DNA of 64,000 nucleotides from Batkoa obscura (Eukaryota): NCBI GenBank assembly GCA_030770535.1, contig JASVEC010000003.1, positions 1,302,001 to 1,366,000 of the forward strand, read 5' to 3'. Shown piece by piece: positions 28,440 to 40,786 of this stretch (position 1 is its first letter; each line of letters starts with the position of its first letter). The notes under the pieces were generated by a model. It saw only the letters and a program-made list of their open reading frames with translations, ran no database searches and was not told where the DNA came from. The position numbers and the translations under genes were made by a program.

Positions 28440-28647
28440 ATATTGTTTTTTGCAATTAATTCTAATTTTAAACTTTATTTTAAACTATAACCAACTTAAG
28501 CAAATACAATAAATAGTTAACTTTAAAAATTTATTAAATGTATAATTCATTTATAATATATACGTTTTTTGAAAAACAAAGCTATATCTATAATTTGATG
28601 TAATTTGTTACATTATTTCTACTTTAACATTATTGATATGTCAATAT

Positions 28648-28745
28648 GGGGGTGTTTTTTTTGGCCTCATTATTTTATACATTTTTTAGTGCTATTTGAG
28701 CGGAAAGATTGTTAGTGAAATTTTTAAACAAAAAAATACATCCCC
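28648..28745 (-). mobile_element. MITE copy 3
   Basis: GGGGGTGTTTTTT...AAAAATACATCCCC with perfect ATAT/ATAT flanks. Confidence 0.88.
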
Positions 28746-28822
28746 ATATAGCTAAAAATGCCACACTTATTTCTTAAAATATAATATATAATATTTTAAA
28801 ATAATTAATAATAGACTTAATA

Positions 28823-28895
28823 GGGGTAGTAGCTCAATCGGTAGAGTACTCGCTTTGCATGCGAGGGGCACGGGGATCGAAACCCTGCTACTCCA
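28823..28895 (+). tRNA. tRNA-Ala (anticodon UGC), intronless
   Basis: Acceptor stem GGGGTAG/CTACTCC with G3:U70 Ala identity pair; anticodon arm CTCGC-TTTGCAT-GCGAG; T-arm CGGGG-ATCGAAA-CCCTG; T-run terminator just downstream. Confidence 0.96.
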
Positions 28896-29243
28896 ACTTT
28901 TTAGCTTTGGAATCAAAGTTATTGTTTCAAGGTATCTACTTTTAATTTATCTTGGTTTTAACTATGCCGAAAAACAGTTGTTATTTTACAATATATCAGG
29001 TAAATTATTTTAATGAGCATAGATTGATAATATAACGGTTTTTTCATATTTCAGAATTTTATTAATAAATTGAGCAACATTTTTAAGGTGTTAAAAATGC
29101 GCAAAAAAAATCAAAAACAGACATACATTCTTTTCAACCCATTATGATTGTCTTAGAAAATCCAATAAACTGATTTGAATTCTTTGTTAAGACAACTGTA
29201 CTGGGCTAAATATAGTGTATATAAAAGTATGTTTTGATTACTG

Positions 29244-30522
29244 TTTACTTTTTACACTTGTAGATAATAATTGAAATATACTTATTAAAACTAAACTTTA
29301 AGCTATACATAATCAAAAGAATAAGAAAGGGCAGTTAAAAGTGATAGACATAGCAATCTAATATGCTAAGCTATACTAATTTAGAATAGTTTTGTTTTAA
29401 ATTATTATAAAACGATAACATGGTAACTATAATATTTATTTGTATAAAAGAACATTTGAATTTGATCTTCGATTTATAAATGCTAGAGTAATTTATCGCG
29501 TTGATTTGCTAAAACTTGAAAGCAACAAATAACAATTAAAGGCCCGAAGTTTTTACCAAAAGCATTAAATGAAATTTGGGCTTTTTCATGATTGATAAGC
29601 CCTATTTTATGAGTATTATTTTATTATAATAAAATAAAATAAAATTCATGTTACAATTAGGGTTACTTTTAAAGCTATGTATAATGTAATGAACGATACT
29701 AGAAATAAAAAATATATATAAACAAGAAAATAACGAACAAAAAAATTATCAAAAAATACATTCAAAACAAACAAATAAACAATGAAATTCGCATCTGTCT
29801 TCCTTTTACCTTTAGTAGCTTTAGGTTACGCCAATGGTGCAGCTCAATCAACTCCTAGTATTCCACCAGCAGGTGAAACTATAACACCAACTTTGGATAC
29901 TACTCAAAAGAGTAATGTTCAAGGAAGAACTTTTGGTTTAATTGCTCATGTCTTAAAGTCAACATTCAACTTATTATTTGGTGATCACAATCGAGGTCAC
30001 TATGGAAATGGAGGATATTACAATGGTTATCCATATTATAGTGGTATTACAGGATGGAATGGAGCTAATCAATTTTATGGAGCTGTTGATAATTATTATA
30101 CTATTTATTCTCCAAGTATTAATTATATTAATAATGGTGATGGTACCTATACTCTTACTATTTATGGTATTAATGGAGTACAAAATGCATCTACTCTCAG
30201 ACTTATCTGTCCTGCCAATACCTTTAAAATTAGTAGATCTGGTAGTGGTTATCTCTGTCAACTTCAACAAAATGCTTCTTGTAATGTCAACTATATTTAA
30301 AAAATAAACTATTATTATATATCATATGTATTTAAATTTAATATAATCTTTTTTTTCAAAATCTTGGACTCTTACAGGTAAGTGTTTTTAGTCAAGTTAA
30401 AAATTAAAACGGAGAGAAAAGAAACAAAATTAGCCTTAATTTACAATTACTTTTTTAATGGTCTAAACTAAAGTAGTAATTTATAAAGTGTTATAACCTT
30501 ATCGTTTTTTAAATATATGTTT
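29244..30522 (+). repeat. Right arm of the 1279-bp inverted duplication
   Basis: Reverse complement of 25977-27255. Confidence 0.95.
29782..30300 (+). CDS. Secreted 172-aa protein, copy B (identical to copy A)
   Basis: Identical translation to 26199-26717, divergently oriented. Confidence 0.85.
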   Translation: MKFASVFLLPLVALGYANGAAQSTPSIPPAGETITPTLDTTQKSNVQGRTFGLIAHVLKSTFNLLFGDHNRGHYGNGGYYNGYPYYSGITGWNGANQFYGAVDNYYTIYSPSINYINNGDGTYTLTIYGINGVQNASTLRLICPANTFKISRSGSGYLCQLQQNASCNVNYI

Positions 30523-30933
30523 GCATTTGAGTTTATAATTTATGTTTTAGTTTTAATTATAATACGAAATAATCATAATTTTATAATTTGTAGAATCTAA
30601 TTAACAACTTATTATTATGAAAGTAAATTCTAATTTTTATATCTTACTTTGGTAGATAATGTGATATAAAAATAATCGTCTTCTAAAATTTTCGTTAATG
30701 GCAAATTGTTTACTCATAGCTAAATAGGCTGTGATATGACGATATATAATTTATAAACCTGGAGTATCAGCATTGAGACAGATGGTATACCACTCATATG
30801 GAACGTCATTAGCACCACCATGAGTTTTTAAAACTAAAACAATTTAAGAAGTTTCAATTATTAACTCTAACGATCAATGGTTCTGATGTTTAGTTAATAG
30901 CGGATCTAGCAGGATTTTTACATTGTAAGTATT

Positions 30934-31032
30934 GGGGGTGTTTTTTTTGGCTTCATCACTTTTTCCATCTTTTAAGTACTATTTGAGTGAAAATATTGTT
31001 AGCAAAATTCTTGAATATAAAAATACATCCCC
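30934..31032 (-). mobile_element. MITE copy 4, abutting the Sola-like element via a shared ATAT
   Basis: ...AAAATACATCCCC-ATAT-GGGGACGTCC... junction at 31029-31040. Confidence 0.88.
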
Positions 31033-31198
31033 ATATGGGGACGTCCGAATTGGTTTCAGAATTTGACTAGAAATTAATCCAAATTTTAAGTTTTTAAATT
31101 TGTAGGTCTTTAATATATGATCAGCTAAATTTAAAAAGCTTAAAACTAAATATAAAAATTTAACTTAAAGACTTATTTTATTTATTTGATTATATGTT

Positions 31199-31559
31199 TG
31201 TGAAAGTTAGTACTCATTAATTGGAGTTAGAGGCAGTTCTAGCTTAGTCAACTGGCCGTAAGTCAAAAGCTCTTAGTTTATGTAACTAAGATAGACTTAA
31301 ATCAATAGGAGCAATACGCAATAAGCTACGAGCTATGTAAAATAAACAGAATACAGGATACTACTGTAAAATCTACATAAGATATTGTCAGAAAGACTTA
31401 GTGGCTTTATTAAAAGTAAAATATTAGGGAACAATTCAATTAAAAAGCCTTGAGCTATTATGTTGAAGGATCTCTTTTATACTCCAACTAGTTTTGTAAA
31501 CAAGTTAAGTGATTATTATGCGATAATCAATCACAGAGCTGATGAAACGATATTTCACA
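31199..31559 (+). mobile_element. Solo-LTR-like element nested inside the Sola-like transposon
   Basis: TGTGAAA...TTTCACA termini; diverged, internally deleted homologue of 44016-44562; flanks ATGTT/GTGTT (4 of 5 match). Confidence 0.7.
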
Positions 31560-31650
31560 GTGTTTTGTATTTTTTATTAAATATTCAATAGCTATATAAT
31601 ATATAATTATATAATTATTTGACTTTATTTTTTATTAAAATAAAAACAAA

Positions 31651-33354
31651 ATGCAAGCTTTTATAACTAAACTTCGAAATGGAATTTCTAAAAAATTTAA
31701 TACGATAGGGAGAAGCACATTATATGAACATTGTAATTCATTTACATCAATTTTAACAACTATTCACAATAACCCAGAGTTTTGGAATTTTATAATAAAA
31801 CAAAAAAAGGAAAAGAAATGTCATTAAAGTTTACTATTAATAATAACAGACTTAATCAAGCAATGTATAAAATTAGTGTTTTAAGGGAAACAGGAAATAA
31901 AAACCAATAAGTAGCATTATTATCGACTATAGTTTCAGTATATTCTTTTGATGAATGTAAAAGTTTTGGATTTAACATAAGTAAAAATCAATATAATTAT
32001 TCAAAAATAATTAATAATAATAAAATACCAACGTTACGACCTACTATCAAAAATACAAAAAAAATTAAAGATGAGCAAATTGAGATTATTATACAATATT
32101 TACTTGATAATTCAACTATTTCATCAAGATTTAGTAAAAGAAATAATGATAAATATTCGTCAGAGAATATATATATATTAAATAAAAGTAGAAGAATGAT
32201 ATACAGTAAGTATTTTAATGATTTAAAAGATAAAGCAGTAGCTAGGTCAACATTTTTCAAATATATACCAAATAATTTTAAAAATCCAGCAAGAAAAACA
32301 GATTTATGTAATATATGTGCCCAGTATACAGTTAGAAAAAAGTTATTTGAAAATAAAATAAATACAGCGACAGAAAATAAAGCAGAGATAGAGGAGTCTT
32401 TTAATAAAGAAAAAAGGTTATATAAATTACATGAATTTTGTGTTGATACTCAAAAAAACATACTTAATGAAACTATTAAAAAATTAAATAATAGAAGTTG
32501 TATAATAATTTTAGACTTTAAACAAAATATGGAAATAGGAACAAGACCAGATCCAATAAACTTAGATCATTATAACAAACAAGCTATATCAGTATTAGGG
32601 TTTGGCGTTTTGTATTTAAAAAATGATAAAACAATAGGCAAAATTTATTTTGATTATTTATCTGAAATATTAAATCATGATTCAGCATATGCAGGAGATT
32701 GTTTAGTTGATTTAATATCTAAAGAGCCTTTATTTAAAAAGTTTACAAAAATTAATATATGGGCAGATACAGGATATCATTTTAAATCTCAAGAGTTTTT
32801 ACATTATGTATTTGAAGAAATTTATAAAATAAATAGTAGTTTAAATATTGATCTTAATTTTTTTGCTGAGCATCATCGAGAAAGTATAGTTGACGGGCAT
32901 TTTGGAAATCTTTCACAGTGGAAAAATAGTCTTGAAGCATTAGGTAAAATAGAAGATATTAATCAATTAATTTCAAAATTTGAGATTTTTGTTTGTGAAA
33001 ATAATAGATTTAATAACTCAACTGGTCAATAATGGGCAAATAAATATGATTTTTAAAAAGTATGAAAGAAATAAAGATATAAAAAAAATAATAAAAATAA
33101 AAGGTATTAAAAAGTATTTACATTTTATTAAACGTGATGAAAAACTACACTATTATCCAGTATCTGATAGATCAAAAAAAAGCGATATAATTACAATTAA
33201 GGTTATAGAGTCTATAGAGGATAGAAAAATTAAAAGATCAACCCCAGCTTATCTTACAAAAATAACTGAAAATTTAAAAGCTTCAATATTTAGTAAGCAA
33301 GTAAGTAGTTTATTAGATGATAGAAATCAATTATTAAACGTTGATATTACTTAA
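31651..33354 (+). pseudogene. Disrupted DDD transposase (Sola2-like)
   Basis: DLCNIC; IILDFKQN; NHDS; IWADTGYHFKS; FFAEHHRESIVDGHFG (resembles F..xHGK..vDG.gG). Broken into several ORFs by stops and frameshifts. Confidence 0.75.
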
Positions 33355-35287
33355 ATTATTGATAGCTAAGTTAATAAATAGTCAAAGAGCAAGTAGTTGT
33401 AATGATAAGTAAAAACTATTATTACACTGCTTGTGTTACATAGGGATGGTTAATTATAGTTTTGGGGCTAACCACTCCCTCCCATGCAGCTATTTATTAA
33501 CTTAGCGATATATTAATAATGTAATTATAGCATTAAAATTATTTATTCATTTGATAGCAAATCTGCAGTGTTGAATATAAAACAGTTAATAATAAGTATT
33601 TTTTAGTAAAGTTATAAAAGTATATATTTATTTACATATTACAACTTTGACTAATATCACTATACAGGCTATATTAGTAAAATCTTTGCTAATCCAGAAA
33701 TTTATATTAAATTTAATGAAAATTCCGCTAATTAACAATATAAATTATAACAAAATAATTTAACTGTGTCGGGTACTTTTGGCTTTTAATAAAGAATTTA
33801 TTTTTATAGAATTTTAAGCAAAGTTTTTAAAACATAAATATTTAAAAATTGGATAAAAAAATGAAACCAATTCGGACACCCCCATATATTGGTTAAAAAT
33901 ACCACAATAGATTGGAATTTTACTACAGTTCCTTAATTTGACATCAATAGCTCAAATATCAGCCTCTGGTTATAAATACTTGTACTTTGTCCTATAATAA
34001 AGAAATAAGGCTTGTACACATACTATAAATGGGAAATACAAGCCCTCTGTACATGTATGTAATGTTTTATAAAAAGCTTTAAAGTCTTCGGTTTAGTAAT
34101 TTTATAAAATTTTGTAGTAGATTTATAACATCCACTAATGACATCACATTCCATACAGCTGAAGCCCTTGATTTTAAAACAATAGCATTGATATTCAAAG
34201 TTTAATAAGCTTTATAAATAGGAAAGATTATGTTTAATACAATTTCTTTAGTAGCTTTTATTAGAAACTAGAAAACAATAAGGGTCAAGTCCTCTGTTAT
34301 ATCAGTTGGCTATAACTAATCGCAGTCCTCTCCAAAAACTAAGTAATCCAATAATAATCAATGAAGTAGCTGAAGCCCTTTTTGGCGCGACTGAATCTTC
34401 AACTCACTAATAATGAATAATAGTAATACCATTGTTGGGGTTAGCAGATCCATGCTGATTTGAGAGTAAGTGTAGTAATTAGCAATCGATTGATTTATTT
34501 CTATGATTATAAGATGTCTTTGATTAGATTTTAATTCAATTATATTAACTTTGATCAATTCAATATTAGCACTATCAACTTCAATCATTGTAAATTTACG
34601 TTCAGTGATATAAAAGGTAAGGGATCAAACTTCACTAGTACTAATCAAAGTAATTAATAATTTTTATTGGATTTTATATTGATCACATTGAATCCTTTAT
34701 TGAACGATATAGTTGGATTCTTGTCGCCATTCCTATCTCCTATCTTATAAGTTATATCATTTGTTGGGATACTGTTACTCACTTTAAAAACCTTCTAAAT
34801 AGATCATCATTTATTTTATGCTGTATTTCGGATAATATTATTATTCTATCTTCAATATAGCAATATTTAGATCAAATTTTATTACCCCACCCAAGCATCC
34901 TTTTTATCATATACAATTAGTACCCCTTGAGCAATTTCATCGTTTAATTCAGTACGAGTATGGTATCACTAAGTACCAATCCTTTAGAGATTTGGGTAAC
35001 AATACAGGATTAACCGTTGGAATCAAGAGTAATAGGGACCCTTATTTTCCCTGTCAATTTTTGCAAAATTTATTATAGCTAATACAAGTGCCAATCAAAA
35101 ACTTGAGAAGCTTAGAAAAATAGTCTGCTATGGTAAAGGTTAAGGTTAGGGAAAGTTAGGCCAGGGTTTGATTTTATTAGTTAAAACGGGTTAATCAGCT
35201 TCTGCTCACCTATTGCTTACTACTTAAAAATTAACTCCTTATCAAAACGAATAAAAGTTTGCAAAAAGGCCCTTACTGTTCTTAATT

Positions 35288-35745
35288 GTGACCCAGTTAC
35301 CTTTAAAATTACAAATGATTTTAATTTACATTAATTTTGATTTTAAACAATGTGTTTTTGATGTTGAAATACGAACTCGAACGGAAGAAGCGAGTTTAGA
35401 ATTTTCTAATGAACTAGGATTATTACAACCACGTGCATTAAAATGTGTCCATTACCAATCATCGGTTTATTTAGAAACTCAACTTACACATGGAATAAAA
35501 TCCATGTTGAGATGTAATAATTGAAAACGTCGAAAAAAATCCCATTTTATGTGGTAGTATTTTTGAAAAATCAAAACTAGCAATAAGTAAAACAATAAGA
35601 TTAATTAGTTGTTATTTACTTAAAATGACCATTGAAGAGACCTCCTTACATAGTCAGTTTTTAAAAAGTATAGTTATACAATGGAATAAAAAGTTTAAAA
35701 ATAGGTCAATTGAAGAAATCGATTTTATTATAAAAAAATAGGTAG
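35288..35745 (+). mobile_element. Merlin/IS1595(ISXO2)-like transposase relic, N-terminal part
   Basis: LEFSNELGLL..KC..LRCNN*KRRK, then after a frameshift GSIFEKSKLAISKTIRLISCYL..IVIQWNKKF..KIG, resembling the Merlin zinc-ribbon/HTH N-terminus. Catalytic region absent. Confidence 0.6.
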
Positions 35746-36129
35746 TATAAAATTTCATAATAAAGGGTATTAATTTTATTTATATAAAATAGGGACGGAA
35801 AAGGAAAGCCTAGAAAATGATGCTCAATAATTTAAATTAAAAAAAATAAAGTTTATTTATGTTTCAGATATAATTTTAGTAACATTGGCTATTTTACCCC
35901 CTAAAAGTTACAATTTTGAGATGTACTGCAGGTATGCCAGACCTATAAATTGGAGCTTATGAACCATTAGCAATTAATGTTAAAAAATATGAGTAATTGA
36001 AATACTAAAAAATACATTAACTTTTTAATGCTTTATTAACTATAATAAGCAAATAAATAAACAAGAATGTAATATCCTTATTATAATTAATTCAGTGATA
36101 AGAGTTGCACCTTGTCAATTACTTTTAAA

Positions 36130-37975
36130 TTATTTTCTATGCCGTTTAGACCCCTTTTCCATCTTAGTTTTAATTTCAGAATCATATTTAATTATTGCGA
36201 TTTCTCTTTCCATCATCTTTTTTTTAGATGAATTTAATATTCGATGAATATAAGCATTGATAGCATAATGTTGGGGAGATTGAGTTATTTGATCATATAA
36301 AGGTTGAAATTTAATTAATTCCTTTAATTCTAAATCACTCAAACCTCCTTTATCAACTTTTTTAAGTTTTTTCTTTTCTGCCGCTTCAGCTAAGTATTCC
36401 TAAACAGTAATCGTTAATTGTTTCTAAAAAAATTCCATAGTTTGATCCCTATCTCTGTTTTACTTACCGTGATACACTGAACACATTTTGTAACTTTATC
36501 AGAATCTTTTTTAGATGTAAAACTAGATAATCTAATGCTGATTTCAGATATATAAGGTGTAATCATATCATCAAAGTATAAAAACCCTAATGCTTTAATT
36601 CCGATGACACCACCATAGATAAATGATAGTGGATTTTTAGGATCCATAATAGCTTTAGCTAATGTAGTGAGTAATCGTTTTTTTAAGTTAGGTAATCTAT
36701 ACTCTATCTTTACAAATATCTTTTTTATAAGTTCACATGCCTGTTTTCGAATATCCCAATGTAACAGTCCATCAACTTCATTTTTTCCTATCTTTTTTTT
36801 AAATAAACAGACCATACACGTCATTGAAATTGGATCTAACTTTAACATAATTTAATATTAATAATATTAATAATATAAATAATCATCATGCTTACGTATG
36901 GGGTACATGTAAAGAAAGGGTTGGATGTTATTTTATCTAAAGCATTTAACAAAGAATTTAAAATAGTTATAGTACCCATGTGCTTTGGAATCTAAAAACA
37001 AATAAGCATTAGAAATAAAAATAACTTAAAATTACCGTTATATTGATGTATTTTATTATGTAAGGAAGTAACGGCAGTGCCCCTGGGTCCCTGCTTAACG
37101 TATTATATGCGATATTCAGACATTCTAAGTTGCCACTAATTAAAACATCTGCAATCTCTTTAAATCTATCTTTTTGTTCTTGAGTAAGGATATATACTAT
37201 TTCTGGCCTTCGTTCCAAATCTTTAGCTATTGTTTTTCGATTGTTTGTATCCTTTTCTTTGTCATTGTTAGCACTATTTTCATCTACATTATTTACAACA
37301 TCTAGAATTTATTAATATTTACTTTTCATCTTTAAAATAATCCTACATTGACTCAAATTATTTTTTAGTTTAATGGGGACACCTTCAACTGATAGCCAAT
37401 CCGCTGGTTTAAGTTATTTAAAAAAGTGATAAAGATAATTTGAAATAGACTTACCAGCCAAATAGCTATCTTCAGGTAGATTTGGAAGTGGAGAAGCTAT
37501 AAATTTTTCCAAATCAATCGCTTGCTCATTTAGATAAAATATTTCATTTTTGCCATATTTTAATTTGGCAAACTCAGCTCTATATTCAGTATTAAATCCA
37601 CATATTGGCTTGATAAAATTTTCAGTTATATATTATTAAAATACAGCAGTTTTACCTCTTCATTTTTTAATCTTAAAGCATGATTAACATCTTCAATAGT
37701 AATTGTTGTCCTTCTACCATGTTTCATGAACTTTATAGCTTCCTTTTTACATTATATAAAGTTCATTTTACATCAATGTAAAACTTTACCTGTATTGTTT
37801 GTTTAATTCGGAACTCAACATCGTTTGCTAATGTAGATATACTGCTTTCAGATAATGGATTAACACCTAGTGAGCTTGCAGCCTCCTTTTATGATATTTT
37901 AAATGGTTTTGAAATTGAATTATTTAATATACATACTTCGATTGCTTCTACAGGATAAATTGAATCAGTATCCAT
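36130..37975 (-). CDS. TAF6: TFIID/SAGA subunit TAF6, multi-exon
   Basis: Histone fold LANDVEFRIKQTIQEAIKFMKHGRRTTITIEDVNHAL, PIYGF, WLSVEGVP, DPGALPLLPY, HWDIRKQA, YGGVIGIKALG. Confidence 0.9.
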
Positions 37976-38191
37976 TTAATAAAAGTTTAGCACCAACTAA
38001 ACAATATGGCTAAATAAGTTTAACTTTATTAATCTCAGTTTTGATAAAATTTATGAAATTTTAGACAAACCAAAATGGACAAATTCAATCCTTAGTAGTT
38101 ATAAACTAGTTTTATAACAAGCAAAATTTAGCGTGTAATTTATTAGCTAAAGTCTTAACCTTTCTTTTGAATTTCTTGAAATTTTCAAACT

Positions 38192-39336
38192 ATGGGAGGA
38201 CAAGATAAGCTATTAGATGATGCGAAAAAATTCCGACGGGCAATAGCTAGCCAAGAAGTTTTCAGTAAGCCAACAATTCGGCCTGTGGCTGATAAATATG
38301 GCCTTAATAGAGGGAAAGGGAATAAAATTCAAAGTTTAGCTGAAGAAGAAGAAAAGAAGCAAAAAGCAGAAGAGAGAAAGCGTATGATTGAAGAAAGTAA
38401 ATGTGATTGAAACTTGAATTTTTTTTTTTAATATCTTCAACTTAGGTCAATCAAAGGGTATTGCCCCAAAAGCTTCTATGAGTTCGGCATATGAAGCTAT
38501 TGAATTATTAAAAGTAATAATTCCATTGTTTTAAATTGATTAATATTAAATTGAACTCAGAGAACACGTGAACCCAAAACGATTAAGCAAATAATTAAGG
38601 AGCTTAATCTTGATGAATGGGAAGAGGCTGGGTTATATAGTTTTTTAACAGGTACTGATAAAGCTAACCATAATCTTACGAATGATACATTTGAGTTTAA
38701 AGTAAATTTTAATCAAAAAATCATGGAATTACTAATTTTATAAGCCCGATCACGATGTTAAAAACTGTGAAGATTTATTAAGAATTGTTCACTCACAATA
38801 TAGAGATAATTTAAATGGGGAAGATGACTCACCAATTGCTTTTGAAATGAAAAAACTTATTGAATGTGCACAAGATCCAATCCCTTTTGCTGAAGAGCTT
38901 TTGGCTAAAAATCAAGTATACGCTTTTAGAGGAAAGGAACAGGTGATTAAAAATTTGTATTATAATACATATACCGCACCATGTGAACTTGCTTCTGGTA
39001 TAAATTCATCAATCTAAATTTTAACAGCATTGATTGTTTTTTATTTAGAATTTAAAAATATGTGGAAGAAACTTAAGATCCCAGATGAAGCGGATCTTAT
39101 CTCACAAATGGAAAAAAGTAAGTAAAATGAAATTTAATTGTTTTCTTTTATTGATCTTATTATAGAGGGCTTAAGAACTATGGAAACCTTTGTTAAAAAA
39201 GAACTTCCAGAGGTAATTAGAATTTGCTACTTAATATCATAAACTATAAAAAAAATTAAAGGATACTAAACCAATTATCAAAAAACCTCGTCAATCGAAT
39301 CGTAAGCAAAAGGTTACCAATACTCATTTGCTTTGA
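38192..39336 (+). CDS. TFA2: Transcription initiation factor IIE beta subunit, multi-exon
   Basis: Spliced translation AIELLK.., FEFKPDHDVKNCEDLL, LYYN, EFKNMWKKLKIPDEADL..MEKKGL and terminal RKQKVTNTHLL. Confidence 0.85.
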
Positions 39337-40786
39337 ATGATAGATTCTATTTAAAAAAGAGTATATTCTCTTAACCTTATTGTACTTTGATTTTTAAATG
39401 CAGCACTTTAACATTATACAAGCTTAGCACTTACAACAAACTGAGTTTTACTCTTATTATGAATTATAACAATAAATATATATGCTACATGAAAGCTCTG
39501 TACAAAGTAGCTTACTAAATTGCACTATTTGTATTTGTTAGCTCTCATAGCTTTAATATGGATTCTTTAAATTCTACAAATTATTGAAAATAAATAATTT
39601 TAAAGATTAACGTTAAGTATACATGTTGTTTGGTCTTACATGCTAGTCACTTAATTTTTACGTAATACTAGTATAATATTTAGTTATAAATGTTGACAAT
39701 TTGAGGTTAAAGATTTCAATTAAAATAAGGTTCAAATAGATGTAAAACAAAACTTAATCCTCCTCTTTAATAGTTAAAAGGAATAAAGTTTAAACCCGTT
39801 TTCAACTGAATATTTTTACTTCCCCTACTGCCTAAAAGACTTACAAGATTTTTTTCCTTTCGTCATTTTGCTTGCTTTTTAAGAATAAAAGATGAGAAAC
39901 TTATTAGATAATTTTTTGAAAAAAATATCCCTTAAAAATTTTTCAACTGGAAAACATAAATTATAAAAATTATAGAAAAGTCTAATTTAAACTATGAATG
40001 TATTTTATATATTGTATACTCTATCATTGTAAAAATGGCTACTCTTTTTTATCATTAATTGTTTAGACTAGTTACCCATGAGCCTTGTGTTTGAGTAAAA
40101 GCTGAACATTTTCATGTTTTTATTTTGAAATAATTTCAAAGAAATATATAGAAATTGCTTTTGGAATCCCCTTAAGTAGCGAAGAGGACTTCATTGGATT
40201 ATAGTGAATTTTTTGTAACATCAAAAAATTCACACTATTTTGATTACTTAGAATCAGTCCAAAAATTCCACTATTTTATAAATATTAAAATGGAAGAATT
40301 AAAAATTACTATCATAAAAATGAGAAAGGTTAATATATAATGCCGCATAAGAACATTAATGGATCAATATGTGTTCTCTTAATAAGTTTACTGTAATGAA
40401 AATACGAATAGATTATGGAACTTTGATGGAGAAATAATAATTTGACCATGAATTAAATTAGTAAATAATAGTATAGTGTTTTGATAAGTAATGCATGTAC
40501 TATATGCTATTGATTATACTAAATAATAACTAATAAAGAACAAGTTAAAAACGACATCTATTATTGAAAAGGAAGCTAATTTCAAGATTTTTTGAGCATA
40601 GAATTTATTCTTATTTTTTTGTTACAATTTAAGAAACCAATTTCCACTTGAATAATATGACGGACAAATTTTAACACGGAGGATTGAATTGAATGGGAAA
40701 ATTATATAAACCAAACAAAAGCTCTTCAAAGCCATTGATTTTTACTTTCAACTGAATTATTAAATAAATAAGAAAAAAAAGGAAAT

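Larger units (their letters stand above)
31037..33883 (+). mobile_element. Sola2-like cut-and-paste DNA transposon (2847 bp) with 22-bp TIRs and 4-bp ATAT TSD
   Basis: Left TIR GGGGACGTCCGAATTGGTTTCA; right TIR (rc) GGGGGTGTCCGAATTGGTTTCA; ATAT at 31033-31036 and 33884-33887; internal transposase relic. Superfamily call is from motif recall. Confidence 0.8.

Noticed and set aside
33950..35100. Short direct repeats (AGCTGAAGCCCTT twice) and TGGCGCG resembling a primer-binding site
   Set aside because: No LTR boundaries or gag/pol similarity recognisable by eye.
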